A DNA stretch of 64,000 bases from Rhodothermales bacterium (lineage in GTDB: Bacteria > Bacteroidota > Rhodothermia > Rhodothermales > Bin80). This document shows positions 1-8,068 of the stretch, one piece after another. Each line of letters starts with the position of its first letter. The stretch's first letter is position 1. The notes beneath the pieces were generated by a model that was given only the letters and a program-made list of their open reading frames with translations, did not search any database and had not been told where the DNA came from. Both the position numbers and the translations under genes were made by a program. The stretch spans positions 641,205 through 705,204 of the forward strand of contig CBDBLZ010000021.1 of NCBI GenBank assembly GCA_965207385.1. The letters run 5' to 3'.

Positions 1-351
1 GGACAGCGCCTGCCGCCGCCGGCTGGCTACCAGGAGCATTGCGGCGATCACGTATTCCACGACCGATTCGGCATTGGATCCGGGGGCATGGTCGAAGGCG
101 ATGCCGAGCCGCCTGAGTGCTGCGGTGTCGACATGGTCGGTACCCGTGGTTGCGGATCCCACGAATCGGATTCTGCTACCCGTCACCAGACCCGCGCCAA
201 CGCGCGTAACGCTTCGCACAAGGAGCACGTCCGCTGCCGCCAGGTCCCGAGCGGGGACGTGCGGGCCGATAAAGGTCGAAACGGTACCCAGATCCGAGAA
301 TACCGCCCTGACGTGCGGAATATTCTCGTCCGCCAGAATGGTTAGCGGCAC
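1..351 (-). CDS. pdxB: erythronate-4-phosphate dehydrogenase-like D-2-hydroxyacid dehydrogenase, 5' part only (gene runs off the left edge)
   Basis: Absent from the ORF track because there is no stop in the window. Hand translation of the minus strand from GTG at 351 gives MPLTILADENIPHVRAVFSDLGTV..LLVRSVTRVGAGLV..FVGSATTGTDHVD..APGSNAESVVEYV. This tracks the E. coli PdxB N-terminus motif for motif (ILVDENMPY, MVRSVTKV, FVGTATAGTDHVD, APGCNAIAVVEYV). Confidence 0.75.
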   Translation of the reverse strand, partial: MPLTILADENIPHVRAVFSDLGTVSTFIGPHVPARDLAAADVLLVRSVTRVGAGLVTGSRIRFVGSATTGTDHVDTAALRRLGIAFDHAPGSNAESVVEYVIAAMLLVASRRRQALS

Positions 352-369
352 GCGTGCTGTCGGCCTCTT

Positions 370-1002
370 TCAGAAAGCTATTGCTACTCGCAGCATGGCA
401 CTGTTCAGTGTCTGGCCTTCATTCGCTGACAATGTAACAGAACCGATGACGAGCTCCCTGTCGATGAAATCGGTAATGCCCCACGTATAGGCGATCTCGG
501 GGAGTATGCGGAGCCCGCCCACGGAAATCTCCAGGCCGACGCCCGCTTCACCGGCCAATGACGGAGACTTTATGTCGTCCACCAGTTCGGAATCTACCAA
601 TGCCTTGAACCGTGCGACCGGGCCAGCAAAGACGGTTGGCTGCACGGCGGACACTCCGATCGCATAGCGCAACAGCACCGGGATCTCCAGCAGGCTGACG
701 TCAAAGTTGTCGCGTACGCTTGATGTGTGCTCCGACAGACCGGAAAACAACATGCCGGCATCGGTGTAGCGTGCACCTGCACGCAAGCCAAGCGGGCCCA
801 TAGGGAATTCGATCCACAGCTCAGCGTGCCAGCCTGTAGTGCTGCTGAAGGTAGCTTCCCGGTCGTTGAACTGGATGTCTGTCAACCGGTCAAAATTGGC
901 TCCAACGCTTGCTCCGATGGACTGCGCAGCCCCCCCGTGGGCCAACAGCAGCCCCGTTACGAACGAGCATGTCACTCCCAGCGCGCGCTTCACGTCTGTC
1001 AT
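370..1002 (-). CDS. outer-membrane beta-barrel protein (OmpW/PorT-like porin-family fold)
   Basis: ORF 370..1122. The likely start is the internal ATG at 1002 (MTDVKRALGVTCSFVTGLLLAHGGAAQ, a signal peptide). The sequence has alternating hydrophobic beta-strand patterning and a C-terminal aromatic residue (..RVAIAF). Confidence 0.6.
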   Translation of the reverse strand: MTDVKRALGVTCSFVTGLLLAHGGAAQSIGASVGANFDRLTDIQFNDREATFSSTTGWHAELWIEFPMGPLGLRAGARYTDAGMLFSGLSEHTSSVRDNFDVSLLEIPVLLRYAIGVSAVQPTVFAGPVARFKALVDSELVDDIKSPSLAGEAGVGLEISVGGLRILPEIAYTWGITDFIDRELVIGSVTLSANEGQTLNSAMLRVAIAF

Positions 1003-1108
1003 TGCCTGAAGGCCGGGCAGGATCGGGTCAGTGCCGGGATGGTTTCTTTTGCAACCTAGCGGGTGGAGCGGGGTTTCGGCGCGTTGCAGGGACCCGAACT
1101 CCAGCCGC

Positions 1109-2254
1109 ATGAAGATAGGCATTAGTTGCTATCCGGTATACGGAGGCAGCGGCGTCGTCGCTACGGAGCTTGGCAAGGCACTCGCAGCGCGCGGGCACAA
1201 GATCCACTTTATCGCCTATTCGATGCCGTTCCGGCTGACGCATGTCACCGAGAACATTTTCTTCCACGAGGTCAGCGTTAATACATATCCCGTCTTCGAC
1301 TATCCGCCGTACGCGCTCTCGCTCACCAGCAAGATGGTGGATGTTGTCATGTACGAGCAACTGGATCTCTTGCACGTGCACTATGCCATACCGCACGCCC
1401 TGAGTGCCGTGCTTGCCCGAGATATTCTGCAGAAGCAGGGCATAGAGATTCCCGTCGTAACGACATTGCATGGAACTGACATTACGGTAGTGGGCCGCGA
1501 TCCCAGCTTTGCGCCCGTTGTCACTTACTCCATCAACCAGTCCGACGGGGTTACCGCTGTTTCGAACAATCTGCGGAAGGCGACCCTGGATGCCTTCCAG
1601 ATCGAGAACCCCATTGAGGTCATCCCCAATTTCATCGACACGGACCGGTTTCGCCGCCTCAAAAAGGAGCATTTCAAGCGCGCTATATGCCCCGGCGGTG
1701 AAAAGGTCATCGTGCACATATCCAATTTTCGTCCCGTAAAGAATGCGTCGCATGTCGTGCAAATCCTGCACAGGCTTCGTGGCCAGGGAATGCCAGTCAA
1801 GCTGCTACTGGTGGGCGATGGCCCTGACCGCGCGTCTCTGGAGCGTCTCGCGCGGGAGTTGGGCGTCCAGAGCGACATTCACTTCCTGGGTAAGCAGGGA
1901 CCTGTTGAGGAGATCCTGTCCATTGCCGACGCATTTGTCATGCCAAGCGGTTTCGAGTCATTCGGACTTGCTGCCCTGGAGGCGATGGCCTGCGGCGTGC
2001 CCGTCATCTGCAGCAACATTGGGGGCCTGCCGGAGCTGGTGGAAGGCAGCAATGCCGGGTTTCTTTGTCCCCTGGGCGACATTGAGGCATTTACGGCCTG
2101 CGTGCGAAGCATCCTGGAGGACGAAGACCTCCGTGGTCGCATGGGCGAGGCTGCCAGGCTGCACGCTGTTCGGCAATTCGATACCAAGAGCGTGGTGTCG
2201 CGCTACGAAGCGTACTATGAGCGGATACGCAAGGCTGGTCGCGGTCCGGAGTGA
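1109..2254 (+). CDS. bshA: N-acetyl-alpha-D-glucosaminyl L-malate synthase (GT4 glycosyltransferase, bacillithiol biosynthesis)
   Basis: ORF 1031..2254. The start MKIGISCYPVYGGSGVVATELGKALAARGHKIHFI.. at 1109 parallels B. subtilis BshA ([34 protein letters not shown]). The motifs HYAIPHA and TTLHGTDITV are conserved. Confidence 0.85.
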   Translation: MKIGISCYPVYGGSGVVATELGKALAARGHKIHFIAYSMPFRLTHVTENIFFHEVSVNTYPVFDYPPYALSLTSKMVDVVMYEQLDLLHVHYAIPHALSAVLARDILQKQGIEIPVVTTLHGTDITVVGRDPSFAPVVTYSINQSDGVTAVSNNLRKATLDAFQIENPIEVIPNFIDTDRFRRLKKEHFKRAICPGGEKVIVHISNFRPVKNASHVVQILHRLRGQGMPVKLLLVGDGPDRASLERLARELGVQSDIHFLGKQGPVEEILSIADAFVMPSGFESFGLAALEAMACGVPVICSNIGGLPELVEGSNAGFLCPLGDIEAFTACVRSILEDEDLRGRMGEAARLHAVRQFDTKSVVSRYEAYYERIRKAGRGPE

Positions 2255-2329
2255 GCTGAGTCGTGCGCCCGTGGCAGAATCTCGCCCTGTCGGCGCTTCC
2301 GCATCTCGTGCAAGTGCAGGCGTCCGGTC

Positions 2330-2851
2330 TCAGGGCTGACCAGGTCTCCGGCGCCGATATGTCACGAAGCGGTAGCCGCTGTGCCGCTCTTCTTCGGTCA
2401 GGTGGAACCGGTCCTCGAGGAGATGTTCGTACGGCGGAAAAAAGGCGTCCCCGGCGTAGGTTCCCTCAACAAGGGTCAATTCCAGCGTATCAGCAATTGG
2501 AAGCGCGGCAGCATATACGGCGGCGCCCCCACAGATATAGATCTTCCGCGCAGTGGACGCGGCCGCAATGGCGGATTCCAGTGAATCGAAAGGCCTGATT
2601 TCCGGATAGCCCCGAAGTGCTCTTCCGGATGTCAGCATGAGCATCTGGCGGCCGGGCAGCGGTCCTCCCAAGTGGTCCAGCACGGACTGAACGGTGCGCC
2701 GGCCCATGATAACGGGGTGGCCGTACGTCAGCTGTTTGAATCGGCGCAGATCTGCCGAAATATGCCAGGGCATAGCTCCGTCGCGGCCAATTACGCGGTT
2801 CGAAGAGGCGACGGCTGCAATTATGACGATTTCCGGGCGGTGCTCCTGCAC
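2330..2851 (-). CDS. folA: dihydrofolate reductase
   Basis: ORF 2330..2911 contains IVIIAAVASSNRVIGRDGAMPWHISADLRRFKQLTYGHPVIMGRRT. The first ATG would overlap the upstream gene. A GTG at 2851 lies 5 nt after the MamK-like stop and gives a typical ~173-aa DHFR. Confidence 0.85.
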   Translation of the reverse strand: MQEHRPEIVIIAAVASSNRVIGRDGAMPWHISADLRRFKQLTYGHPVIMGRRTVQSVLDHLGGPLPGRQMLMLTSGRALRGYPEIRPFDSLESAIAAASTARKIYICGGAAVYAAALPIADTLELTLVEGTYAGDAFFPPYEHLLEDRFHLTEEERHSGYRFVTYRRRRPGQP

Positions 2852-2855
2852 TGCC

Positions 2856-3860
2856 TTACATGTCTTCCCAATACTCTTCCGGCATATCCTGAGCCAATTC
2901 CAGTGCACCAAGTGCGCCGGCGTATAGAGGATCGTCCACGACCGTAATCTTGAATGTACCGTAGTCGCTCAAGGCATCCCCCAAGGCGTCGGCTATGCCT
3001 TCGGTCTGGCTTCCGCCACCGGCCAGGTAGAGGTTCTTCCTGATTCTCTCCTGAAACCCCGGATCGTAGCGCCCTACGAGGTCCATTAGCGTTTCCGCTA
3101 TGGGCGCTACAAGACTCTCGCATGCCTGCGTAACCTCTTTCGTTATATCGTGAGGCTCAAACTTGCCCGCGATGGGCAAGCTAACCTTGATTCGGCCTCT
3201 GCTCTTTCCCACCCGGCCGTATCGCTCCTTGTACTCGCGGACCAACGTGTGCGTGAAGACCGAATCCGGGAATTTCTCCTTGAGCAAGTCATACAGCTGC
3301 CGGTCTATGTAGTCGCCGGCGGTGCGCAATGACCGTTGGTCTTCCTCTGATGGCATCGTGCCGTGCATGGCGCAGAAATCTATGGTACCTGCCCCGACAT
3401 CTATTATTACCGCATTGTTGAGAGCCCCCAGGCTGTAGGCCACGGCGAATGGCTCGGAAATAACCATGAGGGTGTCGGCATATTCCCGCACCGCCTCACG
3501 AATTGCGATCTTGTTCACCTTGAGCGCTTCTGCCGGGACGCCGACCGCGGCGTAAATCTGTTGCTCCTCGCCCGGCTCGACCAGATGGATCAGGTGGTGA
3601 ATCAGGCGCCGGACCGCCTCTTCCTCGCGGTTGGTCCCATCCCGGATCACCCCGTTTTCCATGGGACGAAACAGATGGACCGAAAGATGATTGTCCAGCG
3701 CATCCTGTCCGAACAGAATGTCACGCTTGAGCAGCTTGCGAGCGATAAAATCACGGGGCCAACCCACGTAGCTTTGGACCCAGTCGCGCTTGCCATTGCT
3801 GGCTGCGACGGCGCTGCGGGAAGTTCCGAGGTCTATGCCGATATACAGGATGTCGTCCAT
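2856..3860 (-). CDS. MamK-family actin-like ATPase
   Basis: 334 aa. Motifs align with magnetosome MamK: GIDLGTS, YVGWPRD (MamK VVGYPKD), AVGVPAEALKVNK (VIGVPARASAANK), VISEPFAVAYSLG (VVSEPFMVGYGL), IIDVGAGTIDFCAMHGTMPSEEDQ (IVDIGAGTTDICALKGTVPGPEDQ), LAGGGS, and ALELAQDMPEEYW (ALRLAEELPPQYW). Confidence 0.75.
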   Translation of the reverse strand: MDDILYIGIDLGTSRSAVAASNGKRDWVQSYVGWPRDFIARKLLKRDILFGQDALDNHLSVHLFRPMENGVIRDGTNREEEAVRRLIHHLIHLVEPGEEQQIYAAVGVPAEALKVNKIAIREAVREYADTLMVISEPFAVAYSLGALNNAVIIDVGAGTIDFCAMHGTMPSEEDQRSLRTAGDYIDRQLYDLLKEKFPDSVFTHTLVREYKERYGRVGKSRGRIKVSLPIAGKFEPHDITKEVTQACESLVAPIAETLMDLVGRYDPGFQERIRKNLYLAGGGSQTEGIADALGDALSDYGTFKITVVDDPLYAGALGALELAQDMPEEYWEDM

Positions 3861-3902
3861 CGTCTCTTGGGGCTAGGAAGAACTTGTAATAAGCCGGGTG
3901 AC

Positions 3903-4967
3903 TTATCTGTCAAGATATGAGAGAATTCCGGATTCCAATGCGGTTGCCACGCGCTCAAGGTACGCGTCAGAATACAGCAGAGCTTCATCCGACGGCGTAC
4001 TTATAACGGAAATCTCTGCCAATACTGCCGGTACAGGGACGCCAAACAGGACTTCAAAGGGTCCCGGACGCGTACCCCAGTCGATTACGGCCGGGTTCAC
4101 TTCGCGAATACTATTGAACAGTTCGGTTTGTATGGCAGCCGCCAGCAACTTGGATTCGGAAATCTTCATCGACTTGCCGAGGCTGCCGAGATCCCGCTGC
4201 CACTCGAAGAAGGAGTACCCGGAATTCTCGTTTTCCCTCCTCGCCAGACGCAAGCTCGCTTCCGTCGCGCTGGTTCCAAAGTAGTAGGTCTCCACAGTTG
4301 ACAGCGTCTCCGGGAGGGCATTTGCATGCACGGAGATGAACAGGTCCGCCTCCATATCGGTCGCATACTTGACGCGTTCCTTGAGACTGATGCCGATGTC
4401 GTCGTCGCGCGTGAGCAGCACGCGGAAGCCGCCTGCTTCCAGACGCCTGCGCAGGCGAAGTGCGACATCTAGCGCTACGGACTTCTCGGTCAATTCCGTC
4501 GGCCCGACGGCACCAGGATCTCTTCCTCCGTGGCCGGGATCAATGACGATCGTCTTGACCTCTAGTCCAAACATCTCGGCCAGCGAAACGAGCCGCGTGT
4601 CGACCGAATCGCCGCCGCCGGCTCGACTGTCACCGGCCGCAGGCGCCGCGCTGATGGCGCGGGCACCGTCCGCAGCGGGAGCTACCGTGCTTTCCGCGGG
4701 AAGCAGGTACCTGCCGCCGAAGGTTAGCAAAAGAGCGGCCAGCGCGACAGGAAGCCAAAAGCGCCGAGTCTCCCGCGGCTGAGCCTCGTCGCCTGTCAGC
4801 AGCCGCCCGGATATGCGCAGGTTCTCCTCGTAGACGCCACGAAAGATGCGGCGCATATGCCCCCGATTATGCAGCCGTGTCCATTTCATCGGTGCTTGCG
4901 CATCATGCACATAATCCATTATCGTACGCGGCCGGCTTGGCTGCGGTCCTGGAGCACGGGCTCGCAA
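3903..4967 (-). CDS. N-acetylmuramoyl-L-alanine amidase (Amidase_3) with N-terminal cytoplasmic tail and one TM helix
   Basis: 354 aa. Motifs: VIDPGHGGRDPGAVG, ADLFISVHANA and TM segment FWLPVALAALLLTFGG. The exact start is uncertain because internal Met codons exist. Confidence 0.8.
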   Translation of the reverse strand: MRARAPGPQPSRPRTIMDYVHDAQAPMKWTRLHNRGHMRRIFRGVYEENLRISGRLLTGDEAQPRETRRFWLPVALAALLLTFGGRYLLPAESTVAPAADGARAISAAPAAGDSRAGGGDSVDTRLVSLAEMFGLEVKTIVIDPGHGGRDPGAVGPTELTEKSVALDVALRLRRRLEAGGFRVLLTRDDDIGISLKERVKYATDMEADLFISVHANALPETLSTVETYYFGTSATEASLRLARRENENSGYSFFEWQRDLGSLGKSMKISESKLLAAAIQTELFNSIREVNPAVIDWGTRPGPFEVLFGVPVPAVLAEISVISTPSDEALLYSDAYLERVATALESGILSYLDR

Positions 4968-5304
4968 TGTCCAGATTCGCTATTCGCCGTGCGGGTCCAG
5001 AGGCCAGCGGCCGGATGTCACGTGGGGCATCGAACCGGGTTAAGCAATCAGTGGCCACACTGGTCGTCCCTTGCGAATCCGTTGCCCGGAGAGCAGCAAG
5101 CGCACGACGCCACGGACTGCCATTCAACGCCCGGACCATACCCGGGTGGTCCGGACACAGTTGGCATGCCTGGCTGGAGCACACTGTGCGATTGCGCTGG
5201 CTAGACCGCAATAGGAGCCCTTATGCCCGGGTGATGACGATAGTCTTGAAGGGCAAAGTCCTCATACCGGTAGTCAAAGATTGAAGGCGGGCGCCGCTTG
5301 ATGA

Positions 5305-6093
5305 TCAGTCGCGGCAAGGCAGTGGTTTCCGTTCCAGCTGCAGGCGAATCTGGTCCAGGTGGTTGAGATATGCGTGCGCGTCCCCGATGGTATAGATAAG
5401 ATCCCCGGCTCCAAGGTCCGTCTGCTGTGCGACCATGTGGGTGAGCAGCGCATACTGCGCAATATTGAACGGCGCGCCCAGAAAGAGATCATTGGACCGG
5501 ATATACAAATGGCAGCTCAGCTTGCCGGTGGCGACGTAGAACTGATAGAACATGTGGCACGGCGGCAGCGCCATTTCGTGCACCCGACTCGGGTCCCACG
5601 CGCTGACTACGTGCCGGCGGCTGTAGGGGCGTTTCCGTACCGATTCAATTACGGCCGCTATCTGATCCGTGCCGCAAAAGTCCCGCCACTGCCTGCCATA
5701 AACGGGTCCGAGGTCTCCATGCCTTTCGGCAAAGTCGCCGTCCTCACGGATGCGCTTTTCGAATGCTTCCTTATGCGTCTGCCATTCGTCCGAGTTGGGT
5801 TTGGGTACGGCGGTCCCGGAAGATTCCAGATACCTGGCCAGCGGCCAGTCCGTCCATATCGAGATGCCGGCGTCCACTAGCGGCTTTATGTTGGATGAGC
5901 CCGTCAGAAACCACAGCATTTCAAGGGCGAGCGCTCGGAACCACACGCGTTTCGTCGTCACAATCGGAAAGCCTTCTTCAAGGTCAAACCTCATCTGGTA
6001 ACCGAAAACGCTGAGCGTGCCTGTGCCCGTGCGGTCCTCCTTGCGCTCTCCATGCGCCAGCACATGCTCAAGAAGATCGAGATACGCCTGCAT
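5305..6093 (-). CDS. thyA: thymidylate synthase ThyA, reading frame broken near the 3' end (conserved C-terminus continues in another frame to 5201)
   Basis: [65 protein letters not shown]. The ORF stops at [10 protein letters not shown]. The -1 frame then reads [38 protein letters not shown] and ends at 5201, which matches E. coli [38 protein letters not shown]. Confidence 0.85.
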   Translation of the reverse strand: MQAYLDLLEHVLAHGERKEDRTGTGTLSVFGYQMRFDLEEGFPIVTTKRVWFRALALEMLWFLTGSSNIKPLVDAGISIWTDWPLARYLESSGTAVPKPNSDEWQTHKEAFEKRIREDGDFAERHGDLGPVYGRQWRDFCGTDQIAAVIESVRKRPYSRRHVVSAWDPSRVHEMALPPCHMFYQFYVATGKLSCHLYIRSNDLFLGAPFNIAQYALLTHMVAQQTDLGAGDLIYTIGDAHAYLNHLDQIRLQLERKPLPCRD

Positions 6094-6187
6094 ACAGCAC
6101 GACCCGGCTGTTATTGCGGAACGTGGGAATCTGCGGAGCTGTTATTCCCACAATATCAAAGCAAAGTTAAGTCAATTCGCAGGCTCC

Positions 6188-6448
6188 ATGGATCCCAATC
6201 TTCACCAGCAGCAGGGTATCAATCACTTGAACAAGGTTCTGGCCTATGCCCCCCTGGTAGCCTCCGATGGCGAGGCAACCGTACATCTGACTTTCGAGGA
6301 CTGGCATGTACTGGCGGACACGCTGTTTCGGATGAATACACCGAAGGAGTTTCTGCCTTCCGCCATTGTTGACTTCAGGATCCGCAGTGACGGGCAAGCC
6401 ATCGAGCTGGACACGGCTGACTATCGCATTTCGGTGGAAATGTTCTGA
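6188..6448 (+). CDS. hypothetical small protein
   Basis: This is the internal ATG of ORF 6017..6448 (MDPNLHQQQGINHL..). It is divergent from thyA, has non-repetitive composition and shows no recognisable domain. Confidence 0.3.
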   Translation: MDPNLHQQQGINHLNKVLAYAPLVASDGEATVHLTFEDWHVLADTLFRMNTPKEFLPSAIVDFRIRSDGQAIELDTADYRISVEMF

Positions 6449-6805
6449 GCGGCGCGCGTAGTTGTCGGCAAGATCCAGGGACTTCCTGCCTGTGGCTGTC
6501 CCCGATGCGCCGCGCTGCACGGTGGGGTTGTAATGTAGGCCCTAATAGTGAAGCCACGGGCATTGAAGGATTCGCGTTCGGGAGCGCCCGCATCCCGTGG
6601 CGAATGTTGCGTGTGACCACTGTCGACGCTGGTCCCGGTCCAGTGGAGCCTTCGGGAGCCGTAGTCGGCACGCTTTTCGGCCAGGCCGCGTGACAATGGA
6701 TACATGGCCCCGCAGCATTGCCCTGGAATCGTGGCATGGTTTTATGTTGGGTCAGCCCATAGATTTAGGCCTGCTGCCTGGAGTAAGCCCTGGCCCTGCC
6801 CCGCA

Positions 6806-8008
6806 ATGGCGTCGATACTACTAATAGGAACGCTGGATACTAAAGGGGCTGAAGTGGCCTACGTTCGTGACCTCATTAGTGAAAGGGGGCACGCCGTCGT
6901 GGTCATGGACTGCGGGGTCATGGGGGATGCCCCGTTTGCGGCCGATATTTCGGGCCAAAACGTTGCACACGCCGGAGGAAGCACGCTTGAGGAGCTCAGG
7001 GCAACAGCAGATCGCGGCGAGGCGCTGGAAGTGATGACGCGCGGTGCTTGTGCGCAGCTGCAGGCACTCGTGGAAGAGGATGGCGTGCAAGCCGTGCTGG
7101 GGCTGGGAGGTTCTGGGGGTACTGTCGTGGCTACGGCCGCCATGCGGACCCTGCCGGTTGGCATTCCGAAGGTGATGGTGTCCACCATAGCCTCAGGGGA
7201 TGTGGGACCGTATGTCGGCGTGAAGGACATCACCATGATGTATTCGGTGGTCGATATAGCCGGCCTCAACGGCATATCAAGGCGCATTCTGGGAAACGCA
7301 GCGGGTGCGGTGTGCGGCATGGTGGAGCAGGCGGTTCCGGAATTCGAAGAACGACCGCTTGTTGCGGCTACCATGTTTGGTGTTACCACCCCGTGTGTGG
7401 ATCGCGTCAGGAAGCAGCTGGAAAGGGCCGGGTTTGAAGTGATCGTGTTTCATGCCACGGGAAGCGGCGGTCGTGCCATGGAGGCCCTCATTGACAGTGG
7501 TTACATCAGCGCAGTTGCGGACATCACAACCACGGAATGGTGCGACGAAGTGGTCGGAGGAGTCCTTAGCGCGGGTCCGGATCGGCTGGGTGCGGCCGGA
7601 AGGCGTGCTGTGCCCCAGGTCGTGTCGTGTGGGGCACTGGACATGGTCAATTTCTGGGCATTGGATACCGTGCCGGCAAGGTTCCAGGGCCGCAATCTTT
7701 ATCGACACAATGCAAACGTGACCCTAATGCGGACTACCGCGGAGGAGACTGCATGCATTGGCAAGGAAGTAGGCAGGAAGCTTGCCCAGGCGGCAGGGCC
7801 GGTCACGCTGCTGCTGCCGGGGCGCGGAGTGAGCGCCATTGATGCGGACGGACAGCCGTTTCATGATCCCGCGGCCAATGCGGCGCTGTTTGCTGCGCTG
7901 CGGGAGCATGCGGGACCGTCCGTCGACGTAAGGGAGCTGGACCTGCACATAAATGATCCGGCGTTCGCAGACGCCGTCGCCAGCCAATTGCTGAGGTACT
8001 TGAGCTGA
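6806..8008 (+). CDS. UPF0261 / Tm-1-like ATP-binding family protein
   Basis: ORF 6704..8008. Internal start MASILLIGTLDTKGAEVAYVRDLISERGH at 6806 is typical of UPF0261 N-termini (IGTLDTKG). Confidence 0.7.
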   Translation: MASILLIGTLDTKGAEVAYVRDLISERGHAVVVMDCGVMGDAPFAADISGQNVAHAGGSTLEELRATADRGEALEVMTRGACAQLQALVEEDGVQAVLGLGGSGGTVVATAAMRTLPVGIPKVMVSTIASGDVGPYVGVKDITMMYSVVDIAGLNGISRRILGNAAGAVCGMVEQAVPEFEERPLVAATMFGVTTPCVDRVRKQLERAGFEVIVFHATGSGGRAMEALIDSGYISAVADITTTEWCDEVVGGVLSAGPDRLGAAGRRAVPQVVSCGALDMVNFWALDTVPARFQGRNLYRHNANVTLMRTTAEETACIGKEVGRKLAQAAGPVTLLLPGRGVSAIDADGQPFHDPAANAALFAALREHAGPSVDVRELDLHINDPAFADAVASQLLRYLS

Positions 8009-8068
8009 CCTTGCTGCCAGCGATAGAGGGCGCGCTGGCCTATCCCCGGCAATCACACGAGACAACGC

